From the NCBI GenBank assembly GCA_965153285.1, contig OZ229121.1: DNA of 64,000 bases. One strand, given 5' to 3'. Both the position numbers and the translations under genes were made by a program. The notes under the pieces were generated by a model. That model saw only the letters and a program-made list of their open reading frames with translations. It did no database searches and was not told where the DNA came from. The stretch is from Podarcis tiliguerta (taxonomy: Eukaryota). Below, piece by piece: positions 41,001-56,000 of this stretch; the stretch's first letter is position 1; the number at the start of each line of letters is the position of its first letter.

Positions 41001-44000
41001 CAAATGTCTTGGTGGGAGAAGTGGATTTTTTGGAGAGACCAATCATTGCTTTTGTGAGGCTGGCCCCCGCTGTACTTCTCTCAGGCCTTACAGAAGTTCC
41101 TGTTCCTACCCGGTAAGGAAAATCTTACATATAATAAAGCTGGAATTTTGTATTTGTATAATACGGTTTTGACTCTAAGCTTTTCAGGCAGAAATTCTTA
41201 ACTGAGAAATACTTCCTTTGCTGCCACCTCCTTGTTGTTGTTTTTTACTTTGTGCGTTGGTGTGAAATACTGTAGGTACTTTTTATTTCATTTTTAAAAA
41301 ATAAATGGAAATGGTAATCTGCTGCCACTAACTGAGCTAGACACTGGGCAGCCTTCCAGTTTCATATTTATGCTTTCTCACAGCACCTGACATGTCTTCA
41401 CTGATCACTGATGCTAAGAAAATAAGCTTATCATAGTTCTAATGTCTGATTTCTTGTAGTCTGTTTCATTCTTCCACAGATTCCTTTTTCTTTTGCTGGG
41501 TCCAGCAGGCAAAGCGCCCCAATACCATGAGATTGGTCGATCAATAGCAACACTTATGACAGATGACGTGAGTACTAGGCATCCTGTATCTGTTCAAAGT
41601 ATTCTCTTAAAAATCTGAATGGGATTTTCATTCAAGTAGAACTTGGCATGGCTAATGATTATATGGTGATTGAAGGAAATAGCTATGGAACAAGTATGTT
41701 TACCATAAGCCTGAATTTATGAATGGTGCGGTGAAATGTGTCATGTTGTGTTTTTGATAAATTCCTAAAGCTGTGTGTGTGAAATAATTACTAAATGAAA
41801 GCAACAACTTTTGTGAAATCTGACAGCTATATACATCTCACAGTAATGCTCTTAGATTTTTCACTGTTCCTTCCTCCTTGCGTGGTACAATCCTATGCAT
41901 GTTAGCTACAACAGGACATATTCCCATGTATGTGTGTATAGGACTGCAGTCTTTATGAACTTTCCTTTCCTTGCTACTCTGAAACTTTGAGAGATGTTTA
42001 CTATGTTTAAATATCAATATTATAGGCTTGAAATGTCATTGTCCATGCAAACAGGTGTATATGTACATAAGCGCACACACATAACTTGTGTCTTGAGCAT
42101 GCATTTGAATGATGATCATAGGTATATTTGCATGTAGAATTGAGTATAGAAACAAGTTATTTATTTGAGCCTTTTAAAATAATAACTGTGATGCCTTTCC
42201 AGCCTCTTAGAGAAGAGTTTCACCATGTCAGGAAATCAAATATAAGTGTGTATATATTTTATAAAGGTTTTCCATGATGTTGCTTATAAAGCTAAAGACC
42301 GAAATGATCTGCTCTCTGGAATCGATGAATTTTTAGATCAAGTAACAGTTCTGCCTCCAGGAGAGTGGGATCCATCTATTCGAATTGAACCACCCAAAAG
42401 TGTTCCTTCTCAGGTAAGAACTTCTTTAGTGAAGGGCACCTTAAAAGAGTGTAGTGGTGTGACAGGACATAGGTGGGATATGCAAACAGCTAAAAAAATG
42501 TCAAAACTGCATGAGATACACATAGAATGAAAAAGTGCTGGTTGAAACTGAAAAGCACTTCATGGAACTGCTAATCCTTTTGTGAGAGAGGTGGCTAAAT
42601 GTTGGCTCCTAACTTTGAAGGAAAACATGCTATGTTCAGTATCTGAACGCTGCAAAATGTGTTTGATTACCCTAAACTCATGATACAGGATGGACTAAAC
42701 AGTGAATTGAATGTGTCTAGTTGCTTTGATGAAACGAATTCTGCAAATAGTATATATTTTTTTAACTAAATGGTTACTGTGTACAGAATTTCTCCCTAGA
42801 TAATACCATGCTAATCAGCTGTTCTGATACAAAAATAATCATGACTTAGAATGAAGCAAAAAGTTTGGGTTTTTCCTCTTGTGAACTTATCTCCTTGCAT
42901 AGTTAATGACAGCTAAGGTTTTTAATAATCAAAAGATTTTTCTCTCAGAGCCATGTTAAGTGTTGCAGAATAATTTCTCAGTGAATAATTAACGCTGCTT
43001 TTTGAAAAATACTTTTTGAGTTTGGCAGGAAAATAGCATCACATGCTCAGTGTGTAGGCCTTTCCTTAGGTGTGAGGGAGAGAGCTTGAAATTATGCTTG
43101 TTATAATGCAATCTTTTCATGCATTTCCTTGATACAGGAAAAACGGAAGATACCTAAATTTCCAAATGGAGCTGCTTCTCCTGGAGAGTCTCTTGAAGAA
43201 GGCCATGCTGGACCTGAACTACAGAGGACTGGAAGGTGTGTGGTGTTTGCTTAAATTCTAGCAATATTAAAGAAGTAGAAATCTAAATCCTTACTGCTTT
43301 AGAAATTTGCAGAATATATATTTCATAATGTTTAGTTTCCACCGTTGGCCTGTTTTAGGCACTTAATACTACGGCAGTATTCTTCAGTACGCTTCGGGGA
43401 AGAATAGAGAATGTGTCGATGCCTTACCCAAATTTATTTTCAAACTGAAACAGTGCTCAAAGTCTTATGTTTGCCATAGATATGGTTTAAAACCAAAAGT
43501 TGTATATAGTGGGCTAGATAGTCAAACCATTTTGTAAAGAAAAACCACAGTGATTTCCTAGACATGGAAACATTAGGGATGTCCCCTATCGTCCCTCTTG
43601 GCAAAATTCACAGAAAGGAAAAACTTTCTGAGATAGAAGAAGCCATTTTCAAAGAAAATTCTCTTTGCCAATTTGAAATGTCTCTTCACTAAAAACAACT
43701 GTTGAATATGTATCTGACTACAGATTTACAAATCAGTAAGCTTTATCAAATACAGTTAATGGGTATGAAAAATGAAAGATTTAAGGCGTTTGGATGGCTT
43801 TTCACAAAAGTTGTTCATCTTAAATAATTTGAATAACTTTTTTGAGGAACATTATTGAAATGCACAAAAATGATAGTATACTGTACTTTTATTTTTTAAT
43901 TTAATTACACTCTGTGAGTATAAAAATGTACATAGACACATTTCTTGTGTAATAGTTATTTTAATGGAGATTCAAATGGCTTTCTTTCTAAGAATATTTT

Positions 44001-47000
44001 TCTGCGACCAAGGTTAATTATTCCCAATATATTTTGAATCTGGTATACCAGTGCTATCAAATGTTTGACACTTATTCCCATTTTCCTTAAATATTTTGAG
44101 ATTTCTCTTGATAGTTTCTGCTGCTGTATAAAACCCCTGCCTTTTAATTAGTTGCCCAGAGCTGTATATATTCCACAATTCAGTGCAACCTGGGTATAAG
44201 CACAGAACGTGGTACTGGCTGCAGAATTTGTCACCCTGAGAACATTCAGTTTTTCATTAAAAATAAGTTTTGGATCTTTAACATTTCAAAGAGAGGCTGA
44301 AAAGTGAATGTGTCATGCATGGTAAAATGTCACAATTCAGAGATGAGACTGAGAGTTATTTCCAAGGGTTGGCAAGAGCCAACTGATGGTTTTAAAGATG
44401 TATGGGGGGGAAACTGAAATGCAGAATTTTGAGTTCTTTAGTGCAGTGTATGCACACTTCTGATATTATTGACTTCTGTATATTTTTGCATTTCTTAATA
44501 TTATTGTAAGCTGCCTTGATCATTTTCATAGCACTGCTAGGACAATTTGTAAAACCTCTAAGGAATAAATGCCAAACACTCTGAACTGAGACTAACACAA
44601 ATCTGAAATATTTTGTTCTGTTGTATCTACTCACATCTGTTAACGAGAGCATTAATGACCACTTTTGTGGGAAGTACAGACCATGCACATGGAGTTTTAA
44701 AATATCCACAAAGCTGTGGGTTGCATCAAATTATGTTTTGCTAAAGTATGTTTTGCTAAAAAAAATAAGAGCAAATGCAGGGAAACAGAAGTCCTACAGA
44801 TTTTCAGCAGAAGTTAGATGTAAAATATCTTGATCAATGTTACATTCAGGTAGGGGTACTGAATATTTTCCAAGCTTTTTTCAATGTCTAGCCCATTATA
44901 CACAAATTATCTGCCAGCATTAAAAACAGAATATCAACTAAGTTTACTTTAGGTACTGAAAATGAGTAGATTGAAATGGTACATTTGCAGTTTGTAATTG
45001 TCAGTAGGTTTGGAGTATATGAAATAAGGCTACTTTGTGCTAAAAAAAATCTGCACTGTCAGTCTTGTGTATCCCATAGTTTTAAGCGTTCNNNNNNNNN
45101 NNNNNNNNNNNNNNNNNNNNNNNNNNNNNNNNNNNNNNNNNNNNNNNNNNNNNNNNNNNNNNNNNNNNNNNNNNNNNNNNNNNNNNNNNNNNNNNNNNNN
45201 NNNNNNNNNNNNNNNNNNNNNNNNNNNNNNNNNNNNNNNNNNNNNNNNNNNNNNNNNNNNNNNNNNNNNNNNNNNNNNNNNNNNNNNNNNNNNNNNNNNN
45301 NNNNNNNNNNNNNNNNNNNNNNNNNNNNNNNNNNNAGCCAGGCGTTTAGATTTTCAGAGGCAAGTGACTGTGTTCATTTGTCTCCTTTATTCCTACCTTT
45401 ATTTGAAGACCTTTAGCCACAGCATTTGATTAGCCTTGCCCCCTATTAAATGTTCCTCAAATATTAACTGGAAAACATGGATAAAAATGTGTGTATGAAC
45501 AGGAGAAGACGCACAGTTAAGGTAAAAATTACTCTGTCTTGATGAATCGTTTCATGGATTGGAAAACGGCTTGCATTGTCTTTATTTTAAAGAGGCCTTA
45601 AACTGGCTGTGGAAAGGCTATTGGATCACCCGCCTTTGGACCCACCTTGATTTTCTGCTCAAGGCTGATGTTTCGGATAGCTTGGTTGTTTTATTGGGTA
45701 GTAGACCTCTAAAAAGAATGCCTTTTTGAAAAAGGTTTTGGAAAGAGAAATGTAGAACTAAGTACTCTGAGCTATCCTAAATGTCGCACATGTGTGTGAT
45801 AAAATCTAGATGGGCACTTTTGTTAGAGAAAACTGTTTCAGGGAGGAATTGTTTGGAGCAGAAAAGTGATGAAAAGGTGCTTAACCTTGTCTCTGTCCAC
45901 CACTCTTCGCTGCAACTATGCCCAACCAACTTCGCCACTTTCTCCCCCCTGGGTCCCAGATGCATTTCCCTGCCTGGTGGGGGCAGGTGGGGCACTATGG
46001 GGTTGCAGTGGAAAAGTAATGTAAAGGAAACGGGTGAAACGCCTTTCATCAGCCCTTCTCTACTCCAATTGTCGTTCCTGAAGCTGCTTTCCTCTATAAT
46101 AATTTGTTGATGTTTAAATACATATATATGTGTGTAAAATGTTTGGTCTTCTTGAAAATAACTGCCCCACTTTATTTGCAGTTGTACAAATTAACTAAAT
46201 TCTTAATTGTTTTTGACATTGAATTTTTGTGACCTTAGCCATCATGCTTTTACTGATGATGATTTAGAATGTATAGGCCATTATAACAGCTGATCTAATG
46301 GGGGTTAAAATTAATGGAACACTTAAAAACTGTTTTCACGTACATATTTCATTGTAAATCTGCCTTCACAGTATAAATGTCTGTAATTTTGAAATTTGTT
46401 TTTATATGTATTGAAAATGTCAGCATTGCTTTCCATAACAGGTATTCACATTTTCACACAGTACTAATGCTTCCCCTTTGTTAGACTTGACTTTTTTTTT
46501 ACATAACTTGAACATTTATATATATTTCTTCTACATTACTGTGGCCCTTTCAAAAACAAAACAAAAAGCTCCCTGTTGTACTTGCTTGTGGACAATCCAC
46601 TTTTAGTAACATGGAATAATGAGGTGTAGTAACTGTTAGAAAAGGCTTATAGCATTGGCGCTGAAATACTTGTTAAGCATGTTCTCAAGCAGCTGGTTTA
46701 AAAATATGTACCTCCTGCATGTAAATTGAAAAATGCCTTCTTTCTTTTAGCTGTCTGGGATTGTTTGCTGCCTTCAGTTGCTTGGTGTGCATCAGTGAAT
46801 ATATTAAATTAGCTACTGCACACATGTGTTCAAGCACAGTAACTGACTTGTAAGGTACACACTTGTGTTCACACCACTACCCCACATCTCCAGAGGCTGT
46901 CACTTCCACAGTGCTCCCGCTGTTGCCATCCTGCCTAGAGAAACCAAGGTTAATGCATTGATCAACCCAGGACTAGGTTATGGTTAACATCTGAAGGATT

Positions 47001-50000
47001 AGATTGATCTTGTGCTACATTAAGTGGTAAACAATGAACTTTGCTGGTTGTGGGCCTGCTTTTTAATTTTCTTCTATAACTCATTCATAACAACAACAAC
47101 AAATGCATGTTCTTGGTTACCTTACATTTATTCAAGATACCATTCCATATATCATTTCCAGATGGTTCAGTTTTGAGCTATTTTGGCGTATCTCTCCTGT
47201 TGAGTTTTAGGTTCCCTTAACATTAATAGCTTTTAGTGCACTCTGAAGCCCCCTTCAGATGTTGAAAGTGAGCATGTTTAGGAGAGATTGGGGTCACACA
47301 CGTTAGCTAACAGGGGCTCCTGCTGCTCTCCCATGTTCCCAACACCATGGGACACTGTTGCTTACCGGGAGGGTTCGGGGGAACTCTGTGATGCAGCAGG
47401 TGGCAGTGGAGATAATCTGATACTCCACCACTCATTGCACCATGCTGAGCTCTCAGCACCTTGCCCCTCCCCATCTTGGTAAGTGGCAGTGACTCATAGA
47501 GTTGGGAACCTGGGAGAGGAAGAGGGTCCACTCCTGCTGCTGCCAGCCAATGTGTGTGGTCCGCAGGGGCACAAAGTGCTCTAAACAAACAACAATTGTT
47601 GTTATTATGTTATTATTTTACCCTGCCCATCTGACTGGGTTGCCATCAACGCTAAGGAAACCCTCCCCATTGGCTGCTTCTGCCATTAGCCACAAAAGGC
47701 CTAGGGCTAGTGTATTGTGTTTGCCCCATAATTACCTTAAATAGTTTTGAATACCTTGCAATTAATTACGTAAAGGAAAAATAGTCTTGCCTCCCCCATG
47801 CATTTTTAGATTAGTTTGTCTTTAAAAGTACCAAAATTAATCTTGTCGTTTCCTGTAAATGGGTAACATCCCAGAGGGTGCCGTATTGGAAAACTTGTTA
47901 AGAAAATAGCCAGACAATTACAGTATGTTGTAATTGAGAAAATGCATTACCAGGTGGGATGATGACTTACTTCTCCATTTATTTTTTGTGCCCATGTTTC
48001 CCCCCCTATTTATGTTTAATCATCATTGCTGAGTTGCATTCATTCATTGTTGTGTCACCAGAGTTCAAATATAGTAGAGCACATCGTATTCAATTTGGGT
48101 ACAGGTTCGTTGCAACAATCTTTATACAGGAGAAGACCCTTTATTTATCCTTTTTCTCCCGAATTTGTGTGCTATATTTGTTGACATGTGCCTTTCTTCC
48201 TTAGCATGCCAAATGAGTAACTTATTCCCCTTGTTTTTGGATAGTTTTACTACTTTTAAGCACCTCGAATTCTGGCCATGATACTGCTAAGTGACATTTC
48301 TAGTTTAAAACTGTATTACAGCCGATAATGGTTATAATTCTTTCATCGTTCTTGCTGCTGTTTATAAATCAATGTGCATACAGCTGAATTGTTGAATCTT
48401 ATGTTCTGGGAATCACATGTTTCTTTCCTCCCCTCAGAGTGCAATAGAATCTTTATTTGGAGCATCATTAACTGGGATTGCCTATTCACTATTTGCTGGG
48501 CAACCTCTGACAATATTGGGGAGCACTGGACCTGTCCTAGTATTTGAGAAAATATTATTTAAATTCTGCAAGTAAGTGAACTTTTATTCACAAGATATAG
48601 TTGCATACCATTGCATTTTTTCTTGAAGGATTATTTTTTTATGTTTGAAGCTTGAAAGTGAAAGTAGGTACAAGGACACCTAGCAATGTTTACTTCTGAA
48701 ATTAGATATCTGAATGGTAGCCAGAAACCATTATGCTATGTTCAGTGTTGCCGCATCAGAGGAATCTGAAGATGACACTAAAGGCAGATAGAATGACCTT
48801 TCTGCAATCCGATGCTAAAGCCTTCTCACTAATTACAATTTTGATTCTATAGACATGAAGTTATAAATGAACGGCATTTTTATCACCAAAACCTCAAGGT
48901 ACAAGAATACACTTTAAAAGAGCACACAGAATTATAATAAAAACATGATAGTACAAATACAGCAAATAATACTGAAATAGTGAAAACAAGAGTCTTGCGC
49001 CACCTTAAAGACTAACACATTCATTATGGCATAAGCATTAACAGATGGAGACAGATCCAAACCCAGGATATTGTCAAACTTCTGTCTCCTGTTGCATTAT
49101 ATTTAGTTTTACTGAATCCATATTTCTTCTTTCAACAGGGACTATGGACTTTCTTATCTCTCTCTACGAACCAGCATTGGTCTGTGGACAGCATTTTTAT
49201 GCATATTGTTAGTGGCAACTGATGCAAGCAGCCTTGTGTGTTACATCACTCGATTTACCGAGGAGGCTTTTGCTGCTCTTATATGCATAATATTCATATA
49301 TGAAGCACTGGAAAAGCTTTTTCAATTGGGAGAAATGTATGAATTCAACAGGGACAATGACCTGAATAAATTGACATTGTATTCGTAAGTTTGGCTTTCT
49401 TAATAAAATACGCTGTGCTGTACTAGATTAAACTGGTAGTTCATCTGCCTATTTGACATGAGTTATTTCCTGATGTTCTATTGTATACAGCAGAACATGG
49501 AAACAATGTTGTTTTCCATGCCTATATTTTCCCTCACTTTCCATCGGTTCTGAGGATCAAAAAGCATTTTATTTCTTAGGATAAGAAATAAAATTTCTTG
49601 CCATTCTTTAACATCCAGACCGTTTCCCTTTTCATTCTCTTTGGCTGCCTTCTAATATTTTAATCTTTGAAAAGAAAATGATATTTTCTGGATCAATCTT
49701 AGGCCACCTTGTTAAACCAATTTGCTATTCTGTATTTCATACTTTTCAAGCATTCACATTATTTCATGATAAATTTTCATTTAATTGTCATTTCTTTTCC
49801 TGGTTTAATAATGGTAGGCTAGATATTGTAAATGTTTATAGCAGCAAGATGAAACACACTGATTGAAATACTGAAATTTTAAACTTGTCAGATGTGTGTG
49901 TGCAGAGCCTCCAGACCCCACCAATGAAACAGTAGCGCAGTGGATGACAGCCAACAAATCTGTGGATACTATACCATGGTCTAACCTCACAGTTAAAGTG

Positions 50001-53000
50001 AGTATCTTGAGAGGTGCTGTAGAACTAGTCTAAATAGTCTGAAATAACTTGGCACATATGAGTCTTAATCCTTCACTCTCTATTGTTGTACTGACTTGAG
50101 ATCAGGGCTGCCAATTTAGATTCTGAACTGTCTGGCTTTTGAACAATTAATCAGTTAAACTCTTTCCCCACTTAAGCAGATGTCCAACAAATAATTAATC
50201 ATTGATGGAACAGTAGGCAGGACATAAGGTGATAATTGGTGTATTGGTTCCAAGGGAATGATTCCCTCTGCTGCTTCTCAGTTTGTTTTCCTGTTTTGGG
50301 GCAAGGATAGTTTTGTATATTTCAGAAATATAGTATCTTCCAGCTTCAGAAATTGCCAGTGAAAAGTCTGGAGTGGTAGGTTTCCATGTGTCTGAAACCT
50401 GCTTTTGATCTTGCCATGCATAGAAGTTCCAGGCAGAGAAGGAAAATATTATTGAAATAAGTAATGGAAATAAATTTGGGGTCTCTCATCATGTATCATG
50501 ATTTTTCACTACTTAAAACTAATTTTTAAAACTCTTAAAGAATCCATTGGCTCCCCTTGTATGTGTTTTTATAAGTATGAAGGAGGTTATAGAGGGCAAG
50601 ATGGGAAAAGGAACATTATATCATTAGATGTTTAGTGAAAAGCAAGTTGCTTCATCTGTTATACCATCTTTGAGCTGAAAATTAATCATGGATGATATTT
50701 TGTTGAATCCAGTTAGCTAGCTTGCTCTTTGCAGCAGTCTCAACCTAGTTTCTTACATAATGCAAAAATATGTAGAGTATAGAAAATGAAAATGTTCCTG
50801 ACAGTTCCCCATTTTTGAAACATAAAGGTGCTTTAAGCTGAGTTTTTTTTGTTCAAATACAGTCCAGTTTACTGCTTTGTAGACCTGATGAAGCCACTTG
50901 ATATTTGGGTTGTATGTTGGATTCAGCTGAGCCTCGAGCCAAACTGGAGACATATTTGGAGGACCATGGGTCTTGGAGGAGTTGGATACAAACAGTCACA
51001 GATTGCTTTGAATCAGCTTGGATGGCCCAGGCTGTCAGAGGGCAGGGCATCAGGCAGCAAGGAGAGGCAGGCAGGGTGGAAAAACAGCAAGAAAAGGCCA
51101 AGATGTACGATACCTAATAACAGGTAGCTGCATCTTCCTGGAAGAAGGTAGGTTCAACACTATGGCTCCTGTAGGAAAGCCACTTGCAAAGTGGCACAGC
51201 ACAGGATCAGATCCTCTTCTTACCAGTTGCCAGGGCTGGCACTGCCATTAGGCCAGGTGATGCCTAATTGTCTGTATTTCCTCAGAGTTTGGATCTGTTG
51301 ATTCCTCTATACATTTAAAGAGGGCAGGTGCAAGTTTAATTGCAGATGCGAACAGTTCATCTAATTTGCATTTCTGCATGGCTTGATTTACAGCAATGTA
51401 CAGATCTTCACGGCGTGTTTGTTGGATCAGCCTGCGGCCACCATGGTCCGTATTTCCCAGATGTTCTTTTTTGGTCCGTCATACTGTTCTTTACAACGTT
51501 TTTCCTTTCCTCTTTCCTCAAGCAGTTCAAGACCAAACGCTATTTCCCCACTAAGGTAATTGTGGTAGCATTTATTCATTTTGAGGGTTTTCTGGTGCAT
51601 GCAAGTCCAAAGATGACATTCTGGGTTTAATCAACTATACAACTTAATGGCTCATTTGTGCATGCTAGATGAGAATCATATAATCATATAACTGTAGAGC
51701 TGGAAGGGACCACAAGGGCCATCTAGTCCAACCCCCTGCAATGCAGGAATATGCATCTGTCCCATACGGGGATTGAACCTGCAACCTTGGCATTATCAGC
51801 ACCATGCTCTAACCAACTGAGCTATCCCCTAAACCATAGAATTGTAGTATTGCAAGAAACCCTGGTCCAACCCTCTGCAATGCAGAAATATGCAGCTGTC
51901 CCATACAGGGATCGAACCTGCAACCTTGGCATTATGGGCACCATGCTCCAACCAACTGAGCTATCTGGGATGTCGAGCTATCTGGGATGAGAACAACTGA
52001 GCTATCTGGGATGAGAAACTAACCCATTTGAGCATGTATCCCCCAATGTGTATAGAACTGAAAAGTTCAGGATCACCCATGTAAATGTGTTATATGGGAC
52101 AAGCTTGTGGCAGCAACTATTGTAAGGACTGATGAGGATGCAGTGTTCTTTAATTCATTGTTCCAAAGTTTTGCTTTGGAGAGGAGTTAATCATACTTAT
52201 CATTGGTCAAAGCTATTTCAACCCATAGTTAATTGTTCTAGTTGAGTAAAAAACCCTACAGTTTCAACACTATCACCAGCTCTTAGATTCTTAATAGCCA
52301 AGCTTTGCATTTGTAATATGCAATACAAGACGGCAGTACCATTTAAATTGGTAATTATTAAAAGATTGATCAGTGATACAAACATAAGAGGCAAAGCAAT
52401 TTTTTGGCTTTGTGGCACAGTCACACATCCAATGCAGTTAAATTAGATACAAATAGGATTTTTTTGATTAATTGTGTTTTGGGTGAGCACTCAAATGCTA
52501 AAATAATCCTGATCAGAGAAAACCACAATCGTGGTGCTATTTTAAGCACATTACCTTAGAATAAATAGCAGCAAAGGCATCCAAAAAATGTAAAAGTCCC
52601 ACCCTACTTAGTGTTAACTGTTCCTAAATATAGGCATGCATTAACAATAAAGTGGTTCAGTGTTTTATCTTCTGTGCTGATACAAGGAAGATTTCATGTT
52701 ATTCCTTTTGCTGCACATGTATGTCCTTTTGAAATTGGAGAGGCTGAGTATGCTTTATTATATATTGCTCATTTCTGTAGAGATCAGATTGAAATTGTTA
52801 GATGAAAGGAGATTTTAAATGATCTAACTGGATATTTTGTTTCTGTAGATAATATATATCTGAGGGGTTGTTGTTTTTTTGCAACAACACAGAATTAATT
52901 GCAAGGAGACTAAGATTAGGAAAATGTTGATTTAAGGTTTTAAATTTTGGTCCTGGAACATCATAAATCTGATTGTTCATCCAGAAGAAATCTCTTCTTG

Positions 53001-56000
53001 AAGATAATGAGATTCCCATTTAACTTACTTTCAACTTTTAGAGTAAGTTTATATGCTGCTAGGTTTCAGTAAGTATACATCTCAATAATTTGTATTAAAC
53101 TACTTCCGAATGATTAATTATTTGACAATCCCTGTCACTGTGGCAAATAGCATTAATTTGCATTTTTTTAAAAAAAACAGCAACCAGTATATTCTTTCTT
53201 TTTAGGTGCGGTCTACAATAAGTGATTTTGCTGTATTTTTGACAATAGTGATCATGGTTCTCATTGATTATCTTGTTGGAGTTCCTTCTCCTAAACTTCA
53301 TGTGCCTGAAAAATTTGAAGTAAGTATAATAATTTCGCTAGGAAGATTTCACTAGGAATCAACTCTATTTATGGTAGTTTTTTAATGAGAGCTCAACCTA
53401 TTATACTAGCACTGTTTAGAAGCTAGATTGAATGAAGCATATATTGTGACAGAACTGGAATTGACAGATTTGATTTAGGTTTTAGGCTCATGCACTTGAA
53501 ATTTGTATTTTCTTCCACTGTGCTTAGATATGCACAATGATTAGTGCTATAGTAATCAGTTTTGTGTTTTTGTATTTTTATCTTTAGTTCTCATTTTGTT
53601 AATTTGGGGAACAGGTCTCATTGAATGCAGTAAGGCTCTCATCTTGAGTAAATGCTCATTAGCTCACACACTTTTTTGCTATTGCACAGGATTGAACTGT
53701 TACTAAACTTTGATAGTTTATTATCCTGAATACAAGGACATTAGGTGGCTTCTGAACTAGAAAGGTCCTGTCAATGCAGGATCATGCCGCAAATATAATT
53801 AAAACTCAAATGTTACACAGTACTATTTGTTTTAAAAATTATTCTAACTAATCTTTTAAATTTTTGGGAAACGTTAGCAAATAGTATGCATACCAACTTT
53901 GGAATTAACACACTTGTCTAATAAATAAGGAAGAAGTACTTAGTCCTTTTGTTACCTCTGTTTCCCCCCCCAAGCCCACACGAAGTGATCGAGGATGGCT
54001 CATAGATCCGCTGGGACCTAATCCTTGGTGGACCCTTGTAATAGCTGCAGTTCCTGCTTTACTCTGCACCATTCTTATTTTTATGGACCAGCAAATTACA
54101 GCAGTTATCATAAACAGGAAAGAACATAAACTCAAGGTGAAATTTTGATTATGTTTCCTCATTGTAAATACAAAAGTTAACCTAGTTTCTGAAATAGTAA
54201 CTTCCTCTGTATACTTTGCAAAGGTTTATAAAATGCTGAAGATGGAGGCAAAAATCTTGTATTCAGATAGTGGGATAAAGCTATTCTTTAATCAGACCAA
54301 ATTTTTTATATATAAATTGCACCATTTATCCTGGGTGAAATTCTTTTAAAGCCTTAAATGTGTGTCAAAACCTGTGCTAGTAGGTAGAAGAAACATTGAT
54401 GTGATAGGAATATAATGTTAAGATGAATCATGACTTACTGGTATTGCAAGCACAACTTGGATCACAATTATATTTTGAGCAGAACCTACTTAGGTGTTTT
54501 CACTTTTTCTCCACGATAAGAACCACAAATTTAACATCATTGGCTCCTCCCACAATCAAAAATTAGATTTGATTCTGTTGAGTGCTTTGTTATCAGGGTT
54601 TTTACTACAATGTGAGAAACCTAAACTCAGAATACAGCTCAACTATGGATTTACTCATTTTCCCGCTCCCCCTGTGGTCACAATATATTTTTTATTAATT
54701 ATTCCGAAGATCTTCAGTCACAGCAGTGTGTCCTGATTTTCATACCTTTTGGGTTATTTTTATACCATATTGACTTGAAAAAACATATGTTTTGTTACCA
54801 TGCATTTTTCTTCTATAGACCACTGGATTCAGTGTATTTAGGTTTTATACTCTAAACATTTTCCATTATGAATATGTAGCAATCGGAATACTCCAGATGT
54901 CTGTGTCAAATTTTTAAAAAAGTATTGTTGCCAGAATATGTGCATATCTGCTATGAAACATGTTTCTGTTTGACTCCACAGAAAGGTGGTGGATATCATC
55001 TCGATCTGCTCATGGTTGGCATGATGTTAGGTATATGCTCAATTATGGGCTTGCCTTGGTTTGTGGCTGCAACTGTTCTTTCTATAAGTCATGTCAACAG
55101 TTTAAAAGTAGAATCCGAGTGTTCTGCTCCTGGGGAGCAGCCAAAGTTCCTGGGAATTCGTGAGCAGAGAGTGACAGGATTAATGATCTTTGTGTTGATG
55201 GGGCTGTCTGTATTTATGACATCTGTATTAAAGGTAAGAAAAAAAAGTTTATTCCGTAACATTATGTAGGCTGAACATGCTAGTAAAACAGTATTAAAAG
55301 TCCCAGTGGTATGGCTTCAATGATATGAACATGCCTCTCGCCATATCCAACCAATCTCAGTAGAAAATCATGTGTTAAACATGAAAAGTGTACCTATAGT
55401 ATGTTTTTGTATCTTTGAGAATAGAAACCATAGAATGTCTCAACAACTGCAATTTTGTATTTCTTTGGGTTTCTTCAGATTGTTAGTTGGGAGTGACGAA
55501 GGAAGGAAGGAAGGTTTTAATGGCTCGTCCACTTGTTCTGATGCTTTGTCCTGAGAAAACTGCTGTTTGCGCTGAATCAGAACAGGCATTGATTGGTTTT
55601 TCTGTGGGTTGACATTTGTTCTGATACAGTGGTAAGCAGTGGGTTTTCCCAGAGAAACTGGCAGGACAAACAAAAAACCACTTGGACCTGTGCCTAGAAA
55701 ACCTAGAAAGCGGAAGATCACTCGGACCCATGCTTTCCTGGTACAGGGCAAGCAAACGTGTGGACGAGCCCTAAGTTTTCTATTAAACACACATTCATAG
55801 TTAATTGTTGTTGAATCATGCGTTTTCCCTAACTGGATGCAGTGCTCGAGCCTGTGACTTTGATAAATAATAACTGTTAGCATAAAGATGGTAGAAAATG
55901 CATTCACTGATTTGTTAATGATCTTTTCCCCACAGTTTATTCCAATGCCCGTTTTATATGGTGTTTTTCTTTACATGGGAGCATCCTCACTAAAAGGCAT

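Noticed and set aside
44976-45429. ORFs spanning the N run
   Set aside because: Artefact of Ns being translated as X
51750-51830. tRNA-like sequence on the minus strand (A and B boxes)
   Set aside because: It is the head of a SINE fused to a CR1 tail; the acceptor stem does not close, so it is not called a tRNA gene
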